Source of the DNA: Octopus bimaculoides
Taxonomy: Eukaryota
Assembly (NCBI RefSeq): GCF_001194135.2
Contig: NC_068981.1
Span: forward strand, 189,528,511-189,592,432
Length of the DNA stretch: 63,922 nt
Direction of reading: 5' to 3'
A program made the position numbers and the translations under genes. This document shows positions 1-9,789 of the stretch, one piece after another (position 1 is the first letter of the stretch; every line of letters starts with the position of its first letter). The notes beneath the pieces are model-generated. The model had not been told where the DNA came from. It was given only the letters and a program-made list of their open reading frames with translations, and made no database searches.

Positions 1-236
1 GGCACATAAAATACACCATTTCGAGCGTGGCCGTTTTCGTGCGGGTGACACGTAAAAGCACCCACTACACTCTCTGAGTGGTTGGCGTTAGGAAGGGCAT
101 CCAGCTGTAGAAACTCTGCCAAATCAGACTGGAGCCTGGTGTTGCCATCCGGTTTCACCAGTCCTCAGTCAAATCGTCCAACCCATGCTAGCATGGAAAG
201 CGGACGTTAAACGATGATGATGACGATGATGATGAT
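1..236 (+). mobile_element. RTE-clade LINE 3' UTR fragment with (GAT)n tail
   Basis: GGTTGGCGTTAGGAAGGGCATCC...GGACGTTAAACGATGATG matches the 3' end of the longer copies at 27062, 49283 and 62172, which start with RTE C-terminal codons. Confidence 0.8.
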
Positions 237-283
237 ATATATGATAAGTTATAACCAATTTGGCTCTATTATACAGAAGAAAA

Positions 284-498
284 CAATATGGCGAGCTGGC
301 AGAATCGTTAGCACGTCGGGCAAAATGCTTAGTGGCATTTGGTCTGTCCTTATGTTCTGAGTTCAAATTCCGCCCAGGTCGACTTTGCCTTTCATCCTTT
401 CGGGGTCGATAAATTAAGTACGAGTGAAATACTGGGGTTGATGTAATCGACTAGTCCCCTCGTCACAAATCTGAGCCCTTGTGACTCCAGTACCAAGG
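284..498 (+). mobile_element. tRNA-derived SINE, group M (Meta-domain-like centre)
   Basis: A box TGGCAGAATCG, B box GAGTTCAAATTCC and centre GGTCGACTTTGCCTTTCATCCTTTCGGGGTCGATAAATTAAGTAC. Flanked by the direct repeat ATTATACA(G/A)AAGAAAA at 268-283 and 499-514. Confidence 0.85.
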
Positions 499-556
499 AT
501 TATACAAAAGAAAAATGTGCGTGTGTGTGCATGTATGTAATATTTTAATGTTCAGA

Positions 557-688
557 TATTCGGCCGAGGTCGACTTAGCCGTTCATCCATCTAGGTCGAT
601 AAAATAAGTACCAAGTGGACACCGGGGTCAATGTACTCGCTTTTCCCCTTCTCCCGATATTGTTGGCCTTGTCCCAAAATTTGAAAGC
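557..688 (+). mobile_element. 5'-truncated group M SINE
   Basis: Same central domain. Flanked by AATATTTTAAT(G/A)TTCAGA at 539-556 and 689-706. Confidence 0.75.
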
Positions 689-1409
689 AATATTTTAATA
701 TTCAGAGAATTTGAGATAAATCAAAATTTTTCCTTTGTGTAATGGAGCCAAATTGTTAATATTTTATGTCTACGGTAAAAACGTCTCATTAAATATCAAT
801 GGTGGAAAGTTTTCTTAAAAAGAATTTAAATATATTATGACAAAGCAGACAACTACAATATAGACAATAAAATTAATAAAATAGAAAACATTAGTTGAAA
901 GAATTATGATATTTAATACATGTAATATATGTATGCTCATGTGTAATCTCATGTTTCCAGAAACTTTTATTATTAACAAGATACATTAGACAAATTAGAA
1001 GCTGATAATGAGACATTAAACAATATTTTTCTTTTCCCAATGGTAGCAAAATTATATTCATGTCAACGTTTGTTTTTCAGTATTTTTAAAGCTATTTTTT
1101 AATTTATAATATGTTTAGATTCTTTTAATTGATGTGGCTTCAAATTAACAAAAAATGTAAAAAAATCGAATGTGGGTGTAGAAGAACATTTATCAAAATT
1201 ATCAATATACTTTGCGATCATTCTGTTTTGAATTTGTTTTGATCTGAAAATGATTTTACGTATGAGAAGAGTCGTGATAAAGTCAGTTGTGGCTTATAGA
1301 TTTTATTACTTACGGCACTTCCCGGTAATAACACAAGCAATACCGAATGTTCTTTGAAAAGAATATATTAAAGGTGAGAATTTAATTGAACGTTATTCTT
1401 TTATTCGTT

Positions 1410-2032
1410 TATTCTTTTACTTGTTTCAGTCATTTGACTGCGGCCATGCAGGAGCACCGCTTTTAGACGAGCGAATCGACCCTAGGACTTATTCTTTGTA
1501 AGCCTAGTATTTATTCTATCGTTCTCTTTTGCTGGACACACACCGGTTGTCAAGTGATGGTGGCGGGAGGAGGGGAGGGGACAAATAGACACACAAATAC
1601 ATACATACATACATACATACATACATACATACGACGGGTTTCTTTCAGTTTCCGTCTACCAAATCCACTCACAAGGTTTTGGTCGGCCTGAGGCTATAGT
1701 AGAAGACATTTGGCCAAGGTGCCACGCAGTGGGACTGAACCCAGAACCATGTAGTTGGGAAGCAAGATTCTTACGGTGAGCTGGCAGAATCGTTAGCATG
1801 TCGGGTAAAATGCTTAGCGGTATTTCGCCTGCCGTTACGTTCTGAGTTCAAATTCTGCCGAGGTCGACTTTGCCTTTCATCCTTTCGGGGTCGATAAATT
1901 AAGTACCAGTTACGCACGCGTGTCGATGTAATCGACTTAATCCCTTTGCCTGTCCTTGTTTGTCCCCTCTATGTTTAGCCCCTTGTGGGCAGTAAAGAAA
2001 ATAAGATTCTTACCACACAGCCACGCCTGCGC
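1410..2032 (-). mobile_element. CORE-type tRNA SINE (OR2-like) interrupted by a group M SINE
   Basis: The minus strand reads tRNA head, CORE-like GCACCTTGGCCAAATGTCTTCTACTATAGCCTC, internal microsatellite and CR1-like tail. It is split at 1775-2002. Confidence 0.85.
1775..2002 (+). mobile_element. Full-length group M SINE, long-tail subfamily
   Basis: A and B boxes, central domain and tail CCCTTGTGGGCAGTAAAGAAAAT. 11-bp TSD AAGATTCTTAC at 1764-1774 and 2003-2013. Confidence 0.9.
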
Positions 2033-2254
2033 CTGAAAGTTTTGCATTCTCATAAAACACGATGTAATGAACCAGACAATCAGATGTTGCTGTGCATTGC
2101 TGGTCACAATGCGCTTCGCATTGTGATAGCCTTCCAATGATGCCACTCTGTTGACTAGGCGGGTAGGCTAACATTTCCTCACCTCTTGATTAGAAGACTA
2201 TCCGTCGCAGGGTTATCCTTTTGCAGCTGAGAGGACTGGGGCGACGTGAAATAA

Positions 2255-2660
2255 AGTGTCTTGCTTAAGAACACAATGCGCCGCCTGGTCGGGAACCGAA
2301 CCCATGATCTTACAATCGTGAGTGCAACAGCATAAAAAACTGGTACTGCGTCGGTTGCGACGACGAGGGTTCCAGTTGGTTCGATCAACGGAACGGCCTA
2401 CTCGTGAAATTAACTACGCTGAGCATTTGACAGACACGTGTACCCTTAACGTAGTTCTCAGGGAGATTCAGTGTGACACAGAGTGTGACAAGACTGACCC
2501 TTTGAAATACAGGTACTACTCAATTTTGCCATTTGAGTGGACTGGAGCAACGTAAAATAAAGTGTTTTGCTCAAGGACACAACGCGTCGCCGGAAATTGA
2601 ACTCATGACTTTATGATCGTAAGCCGAATACCCAAACCACTGACCCATGCGCCTTCACAT
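2255..2660 (-). mobile_element. Group C tRNA SINE (C2 head with CORE-like segment) plus an adjacent partial head
   Basis: The minus strand reads GTGAAGGCGCATGGGTCAGTGG...GAGTTCAATTTCC...GTGTCCTTGAGCAAAACAC. It then runs into the body shared with the copies at 18494, 28030 and 59700 (CTACGTTAAGGGTACACGTG...). Confidence 0.8.
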
Positions 2661-3106
2661 TATAAGATATGATTTAGAATTGAAGTCACTCTTTGCAAAG
2701 TTCTATCAATGAAGGGATTGCAGCTTCTGTGGAGAATTGGCTGTAAATCTAAAGAGGATATGAAGTTTTCTCTTGACACCCATGAAAATCTTTTACTTCA
2801 ATCATCCAATAAAAGAACTCTGTAATCAAAGCGATCCATTTTAATGATATATTTTTAGGAATTCAAGAAATGAATCAATGAGAACAAACGAGACAAATAT
2901 TATTACATGAGAGAGAATATATATAAATATCATCCAACGTCACCCAATTCAGCCACACCATCGTTCACAAACCGCCTCTAACTGTTATTATGAATTAATT
3001 AGAAGAGAATAGCGTCTCATCTTGTTTATCCTGTCTATAGACAGGTGTCTCCAGACTTTAACGTTACTGTTTACTTTAATCATGTTCTATTTAATGTGTC
3101 TTTCAG

Positions 3107-3220
3107 GTGTAGACAATAGTGTTTTTCAATGACATTTACCATTTCACAGAAGAGCAGACACTGGGCCAAACAATACGTTGCTTCAAATTAGTTCACCTAG
3201 CTCGTACATAAAAGATTATG
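3107..3220 (+). other. Candidate spliced exon of unknown gene (114 nt; every frame contains a stop)
   Basis: Unique sequence bounded by acceptor ttaatgtgtctttcag (ends 3106) and consensus donor ATG|gtaagt (starts 3221). Confidence 0.5.
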
Positions 3221-3390
3221 GTAAGTTCAGAAGAAAAAATAAATTGATTTTCTGTGACGAAGATGAAGCGTTAGACATTTCGAGCAGGATCTTTCATGCA
3301 CAGTGAGGGATATATATCAGGCTGAGTAGAAAGTAAACAACGTTTTGAAACATGAAATTCATCACAATATATTTCAACAATGCGGAAATT

Positions 3391-3476
3391 TTATTCATCA
3401 AAGTACCATTACAATCAACACATTTTTGCCAACGAGTTACAAGTTTGTTTGTTCCAGTAACATAAAAATCTGCCAT
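3391..3476 (-). mobile_element. Mariner transposase C-terminal relic
   Basis: DFYVTGTNKLVTRWQKCVDCNG resembles the mariner C-terminus FY..GI.KL..RWQKCVD.NG.YFD. Confidence 0.75.
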
Positions 3477-3559
3477 AGTACCGTAATCTAGTTACTACAA
3501 CACAACGCAACAAGTTATGTAAATCAGCGATTCCAGAAGATGTTATATAGAGGAGAATA

Positions 3560-4670
3560 ATCAGCTGTTATCTTTACCAGGAATGTGTCACTTTCTATAA
3601 TTGTAGAGCGATAATTCTATACGGCAAAATAATATTTTATTATTATTCATTTTCCTTCTACTTTTGTGAATACTCCATATGAATCTTTTTGTTGAACGGT
3701 AATATAACATAGAATGGCTTCGAAGAAAAATTGGTTTGCCATTTTCTAAAACTTTCTTTGATATTCATAGCCTCTTTTTCAGTTGTTGAGAAATTGTGTT
3801 CTGGAGAAGGAAAACGGCAGGTTTCTTTTTACACAAGTGAACATCCAAGATTATATTTCCAGAAATCTCAAATTCAACGTGTAATAGAACTTCAAGTTAG
3901 ATAGGAAAAGAGAGAGGCATTAACTCATGAAATTTTATTCGAATAAACAACATCTAATTTTTTAAAATTTTTGTCTTGCAATGACAAAGCAGGATTTAGT
4001 TGAGGTTGAATTAGTTCTAGAAAAGGGAACATATGTTTAGAGTAAAGACCAAACAAATCTAGTTGTTCTTGTTTAGCATGGCTAGGTATCGAATAGTGAA
4101 CGAAAGGTTTCAATCAGCGCGTGAGTTTCAGCGATTTAACATGTGTTTTTGTTTTCTAGTTGACAAATGAACGTTTGTCACTATTTCAAGTAATGTATAA
4201 TCTTTTAGCGGCTAAAATAAATTTAACTATATTCTCCGATAATTCTATCAACGACAATAATATCACCAAGATAGGCGCAAATTCTTTTGTTGCTATCAAT
4301 GGTAATTATTCTACCACTACCCGTTGGAAAGCGCTGACGGCATTAGCCACGACAAATGGTAACTCATAAACTGAAATAAATGTTTATCAACTTGAAGTGC
4401 AGAATATTTCATATCATGTTTGTGAAGAGAAATATGTGGACTGTTTTCAAGTCGAATTTGATCTAAAATTTATTGTTGGAAAACCGACACACGAGATATT
4501 CAATATCAGAAAGTCGGTGGGCATACAATGGCGATTTATCGTTTGTGAAGTGTCAATAATCAGGCTTTGTTTGCCGTTATTTCTTATTACTTGTGCTCGC
4601 TATGGGGAGGCTGAGAGCTTAATCATACCATCATCAATAAGCCATTTAATCTCTTCCTTAATAAAAGTTT
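3560..4670 (-). pseudogene. Decayed Ty3/gypsy pol (RT and RNase H)
   Basis: Minus-strand motifs in the correct order: FIKEEIKWLIDDGMIKLSASP*RAQV..IIDTSQTIN, LPFVVANAVSAFQRVV, AYLGDIIV (YxDD-like), LFGLYSKH, then RNase H TEKEAMNIKESFRKW and HIPGKDN. Many stops and frameshifts. Confidence 0.85.
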
Positions 4671-5102
4671 CAAATGGAGAAAAGCAATGAAATTTATTAG
4701 CAACCGATTTTAAATTATAGAATAAGTGGGAAAAACGAGTGGGGATCATGAACATAAAAACAATTCGTGCAACAGTAAAATATTTTAATGATCCTCTTAG
4801 TGTAAATGTAATACTGTGATATTATTTAAGAAAATCGGGACCCAAAATTATAGAGGAACACAAATTAAAAAAGAACAAAACTAAATAAAACAAAACAAGC
4901 AAAACGAGTATATGCCTGTGTTTATTGCAAACGGCTGTTATTTTAAATTCATCTGGACCAAAAATAAAAGTTAGTCGCATACATCTTGTTAGTTGATGGT
5001 GCCATCGTGCGCTAGAAATAAACTACTATGGTGTTCTTGGAAGTAACATCGGCTGATAAAATCGTACATTCTTCAAGACAAATGAGATTTTCTTTTTGTT
5101 TA

Positions 5103-5575
5103 TAGTTTCAGATCAGAGCTGCGGCCATGCTGATGCACCATCGTTTTGCTACACTGTTATTACTGAGAGCCTCCTCCAGTATGTGGCACTTGGTGAAGAA
5201 TGGAGTTTGATGTAGCTACCCTCATTTGCACCTCTTACCGTGAGGTAGGTTCATCTGGGACTCTCGACAGGAAGAGGTCCAGCTTTGATTTAATAAAACC
5301 TACATCTACTTTGTGCAGGTTCCTCAGGCTCTTTGGGAGAATATTAAAAAGCTGTGGGCCNNNNNNNNNNATAAAACCTACATCTACTTTGTGCAGGTTC
5401 CTCAGGCTCTTTGGGAGAATATTAAAAAGCTGTGGGCCCCTGAAAACCAAACTGTTGCAGTAACTGGTCCTGAAGCGGGATGGCATTGCTGGGATCTTTG
5501 GCACTATGCAGTGTCGTCCCGTTCTGGCATTGGTGTAGCTTTCAATGCCAAAGTAAGATATTTAGAAATCTTACA
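5103..5575 (-). mobile_element. CR1/L2-type LINE 3' end
   Basis: NSLVFRGPQLFNILPKSLRNL...KSKLDLFLSRVPDEPT is typical of a CR1-group RT C-terminus. It is followed by the tail GGTGCATCAGCATGGCCGCAGC. Confidence 0.8.
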
Positions 5576-5689
5576 TATTTCCCAATAAATAGCCACGACT
5601 TCACCACGTAAACGAAAAGGTACTAAGTCTGTGTTCTTTTGAATTGCAAGGGAGATACGAAAGGTTTGGGGTTCAATAAAAATACATAT

Positions 5690-6000
5690 AAATGCAGAAA
5701 ACTTTTACAGTTGGTGACTAAAAACTGTTTGCTTTGACCAATAACCTTGCTAGATATAGCACATAAGTTTCCCTCAGATCCCACCCACCTCACTAAATAA
5801 ATATACATTGGACAATGTAGTCATGGAAATGTAAACCGATGGAATTGCTACGGCTGGATCATCATTGATTATGGGTTTTTTAAATTTTATGAGGACGGTC
5901 TTGGGGTTGAGCAACAACCTCAAGTTGTTGGCAAAGGTGTTCGTAAAGTCACAAGATATATACATCTGTTCAGCTACATTAGTCATGTCTAACATGTTTC
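5690..6000 (-). pseudogene. Possible highly decayed L1/Tx1-like RT fragment
   Basis: YISCDFTNTF resembles ISLDFEKAF, and a downstream I*QGY resembles RQGC. Weak. Confidence 0.25.
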
Positions 6001-6149
6001 CATGAATTCACAATCTGAATATTCTGGACCATCTTACTACAAAATGTGAACTCGCAGCTTTATAGGGATCTCAGCATATCTTCAAAACTACAAAGGATCC
6101 GTCAAACTTTACTGGGTTTCTGTTAAAAAATTTGGAACTTATTTAGATC

Positions 6150-6270
6150 ATATATATATATATTTGAGTGTGTGTATGTATGTATATACGTATGAATGTA
6201 TGCATTATGTGTTTGTATGTGTGTTTTTGTACCGTGTGTGTGTGTGTGTGTGTGTGTGTGTACATGTGTG
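6150..6270. repeat. (TA)/(TG)/(TATG) compound microsatellite
   Basis: Directly visible. Confidence 0.95.
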
Positions 6271-6822
6271 CATTTTGCGTATTTTTGTCTCTCACCAATT
6301 GAACCAATGGAATTACTAAAAACACTAAAATTGTAACCCAAGACGTGACTATGTGTTTGAGGATATAAAGTAAGCCATAGTTAATTTTCTGCATATCATA
6401 GAACATTTGAACACTTTTACGAACGTTTTAAAAATCCAAATTACAAGCGTGCAGATTTAGCCTGCTATGGTATTCAAAACTCCAATCAACAACAAAAGTA
6501 GAAGGTTCTCAAAACTATCCATTAGTAAAGAAATATTTGAGAGGGAGACTCTTCCTTTGCTTAAGTACTTTGCTTAAGTACAGAGTGATTCAACGTTAAG
6601 GTTATGTGTACTTCCAGTGCACGAAGTGCAACACGTTTCTCGACTTATATCTGATTTAGGCTTTAAATAAATGGTAGCACAAGATGTATCTTCTGCACCA
6701 CCGGGAAAAATTGATTCAACTGACATGAATGGAGTATAGTATTCATGCATGTATGAGCGGTGAATACACGAATGCGAAATTTTTGAATATATTCTTTTTA
6801 TCTTCTTTCGCTCTTATCGATT

Positions 6823-7061
6823 AAAGTTTCTTATTTCTTTATTGCCCACAAGGGGCTAAACACAGAGGGGACAAACAAGGACAGACAAAGTGTTTAAGTC
6901 GACTACATCGACCCCAGTGCGTAACTGGTACTTAATTTATCGACCCCGAAAGGATGAAAGGCAAAGTCGACCTCGGCGGAATTTGAACTCAGAACGTAAC
7001 GCCAGACGAAATACCGCTATACATTTCGCCCGGCTTGCTAGCGATTCTGCCAGCTCGCCGC
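6823..7061 (-). mobile_element. Full-length group M SINE
   Basis: Near-consensus with CpGs intact. TSD CTTATCGATT at 6813-6822 and 7062-7071. Confidence 0.9.
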
Positions 7062-7239
7062 CTTATCGATTTCTATTCATCGAACTAGAATTCCTTTCTC
7101 ATCAACTTAAACAACATGCTCATTAGGTCTCGTTTTCAATTCACAAGCTGACAGGTCCAATTGTGAAGAGACATAACAGAAATGGATGTATCAATTTTAC
7201 ATATTACACACATACCTGGCAACTGGTACATTCACATAT

Positions 7240-7420
7240 TCTTTTCTACACTAGATACAAGGCCCGAAATTTTGGGGGAGGGGGCAGTCGATTAGATCGA
7301 CCCCAGTGCGCAAGTGGCACTTAATTTATCGAGACCGAAAGGATGAAAGGTAAAGTCGAACTCGGCGGAATCTTAACTCAGAACTTAAAGACAGACGAAA
7401 TGCTGCTAAGAATTTCGCTT
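7240..7420 (-). mobile_element. Group M SINE, short-tail subfamily
   Basis: CTAGATACAAGGCCCGAAATTTT...GAAAGGATGAAAGGTAAAGTCG...GACGAAATGCTGCTAAG. Confidence 0.8.
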
Positions 7421-7444
7421 AGGGACACCATATTTCGTTTTCCA

Positions 7445-7614
7445 ATAGGTGCATGGGTGGCTGTGTGGTAAGTAACTTGCTTACCAACCACATGGATCCG
7501 GGTTCAGTCCTACTGCGTAGCACCTTGGGTGTCTTCTACTATAGCCTCGGGGCGACCAAAGCCTTGTGAGTGGATTTGGTAGATGAAACTGGAAGAAACC
7601 CGTCGTATTTATAT

Positions 7615-7677
<63 letters not shown>

Positions 7678-7890
7678 ATATGTTTATATATCTGTTTGTC
7701 CTCCCACCATCGCTTGACAAACGATGCTGGTGTGTTTACGTCCCGTTATCTAGCGGTTCGGCAAAAGAGAACGATAGAATAAGTACTAGGCTTACAAAGA
7801 ATAAGTTCTGGGGTCGATTTAATCGGCTAAACGCGGTGCTTCAGCTTGGCTGCGGTCCAGTAACTGAAACAAATAAAAGAATAAAAGAAT
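7445..7890 (+). mobile_element. Full-length CORE-type SINE with internal (TA)(TG) microsatellite and CR1-like tail
   Basis: A box TGGCTGTGTGG, B box GGGTTCAGTCC, CORE-like segment, microsatellite at 7615-7675 and tail ending AAAAGAATAAAAGAAT. Confidence 0.9.
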
Positions 7891-7916
7891 AATATATTTT
7901 CTGTTACATATTTAGG

Positions 7917-7919
<3 letters not shown>

Positions 7920-7949
<30 letters not shown>

Positions 7950-8356
7950 TTGTGCGTGTGCGTATATGTGTGTTTATATATGTATATATACTTACACACA
8001 CACATACATATTTCAAAAATAGCACTAAAAGCACCGTAACTGCGTCTCTTTGCACGTATTTGAGAGTTTGCGTATATGTATGTGTGCGTGTGTTGTGTGT
8101 ATGTGTCTGTGTTTATGTGAATGTATGCGTGTATGTGTAAGTGTGTGTGTGTGTGTAAGTGTGTGTGTGTGTGTGTAAGTGTGTGTGTGTGTGTAAGTGT
8201 GTGTGTAAGTGTGTGTCTGTATTTGTGTGTAAGTGTGTGTGTGTAAGTGTGTGTGTGTAAGTGTGTGTGTGTATGTGTGTGTAAGTGTGTGTGTGTGTGT
8301 GTGTGTGTAAGTGTGTGTGTGTGTGTGTAAGTGTGTGTGTGTGTATGTGTGTGTAC

Positions 8357-8385
<29 letters not shown>
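7920..8385. repeat. Long interrupted (TG)n array with recurrent AAGT interruptions
   Basis: Directly visible. Confidence 0.95.
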
Positions 8386-8387
<2 letters not shown>

Positions 8388-9122
8388 ATCTATTTTCAGG
8401 AATCCACTTTGTGCTTGTACTTATTCAACCCCTCTTCCAGTTCTGATCTTTTACAGAAGAAATTATTTGTTAAGACAAATAGTTTCCCAGAAACAAATCT
8501 TAACGAGCATTTTTCTTTTTGCTTTTGTGATTTGCTATTTTCATATCATTTGTACAGCAGAAGCAATTCTTGTATTTTAATATTCATTTGTTTTTATTTT
8601 TCTTTACTTTATAGAAGTATCGTTATTTTCTTTTTTATTATTTGAACAAAAGAATTTTTCAGCTGATGTAGACAGCAAAATCTTTAAAATGGCTACATGA
8701 TACATAAGATAAATTGTAGTTTAAAACAGTTCTGAATTAAAGATACAGTAATAAAAAAAAAATTGCAAATATCATAAAATACTACATAATTTAGAAGATT
8801 ATTCTGACAAAAATGCAAAGCTTTGAAGATTAGCAATATCATATCTTACTTCCTTAAAACATCTGTTATAGACGTTTTATGCATTTTATACCAAAGAAAA
8901 GAAATTAAAGAAGAGATACATATAAATAATCGGATCTGGTAATAATATCTATTGAAATATTTAGAAAGGAAAATATTTTGTGTAAAAAATGAATTGTGTT
9001 TCTAGTGTAAATTTTATTATTGAAAATAGCGGTTTCTAAATATCAGCAAATGTGATATATATTATCTAATAAATATTATATATAATATTTGATATTAATA
9101 AAATGCTAATAATGACCAACAG

Positions 9123-9290
9123 CTGTGCCTAGCCAAGACTGTGCTCAAAATTCTTGTACGGCCCTGTGAGTGAGAGGTTTGCTTGCCAAACATGTGGTTT
9201 CAAGATCAGTTTCACTGCGAGGAATTTTGCGCAAGTGTCTTCTACTAAAGCCCCGGGGCGACCAAAAGCCTTGTGAGTGTAGTAAATTGG
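9123..9290 (+). mobile_element. CORE-type SINE 5' half
   Basis: TTTGCGCAAGTGTCTTCTACTAAAGCCCCGGGGCGACCAAAAGCCTTGTGAGTG. Confidence 0.7.
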
Positions 9291-9765
9291 CCCATAAGGA
9301 AGACAAAAGGAGGGAAAATGAAATAGTCTCAAATATTGTGAGTGTAGAAGACTGGCCCAAAAGGAATGTAAAAGGAGGCATGAAAACGTAGCTAAATGCT
9401 GAATCATACTGGATTGAAAATCCCGTATCATCTTATACTCATTAGGGATCATGTGAGAAGTACAGTATTGAAAGGGCATTGAAATAGCACAAACATAAAC
9501 CAGAAGGCGTCACCGAGAATAATGAGTATAAGATGATACGGGATTTTCAATCCAGTATGATTCAGCAATTGATGCTTCAGTTGATAAAATGATGAAAGAA
9601 AAAGAAACTAGGATTATAGATATTGTCACTCCTGGGGATGTATGAGTGGGTGAGAAAGGAAGAGCTGGAAAAGATTGAGGAGTACAAAGCACTAAGAGAT
9701 GAGATTGTACGAATGTAGGCAATGAAGAAAGTAACTACCATCCCAGTAGTTGTAGAACTGGAATT
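9290..9765 (+). pseudogene. R4/Dong-clade LINE C-terminal fragment (CCHC and restriction-like endonuclease)
   Basis: AQKECKRRHENVAK, KHKPEGVTENNEYK, RIIDIVTPGD and EKIEEYKALRDEI..KKVTTIPVVV. Confidence 0.8.
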
Positions 9766-9789
9766 GGTATGAGCATGAGACGGTGAGGA

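Noticed and set aside
4160-4369. ORF with an LRR-like stretch (SINDNNITKIGANSFVAI)
   Set aside because: It is the antisense of the gypsy RT motifs (AYLGDIIV, LPFVVANAVSAFQR), so the resemblance is coincidental.
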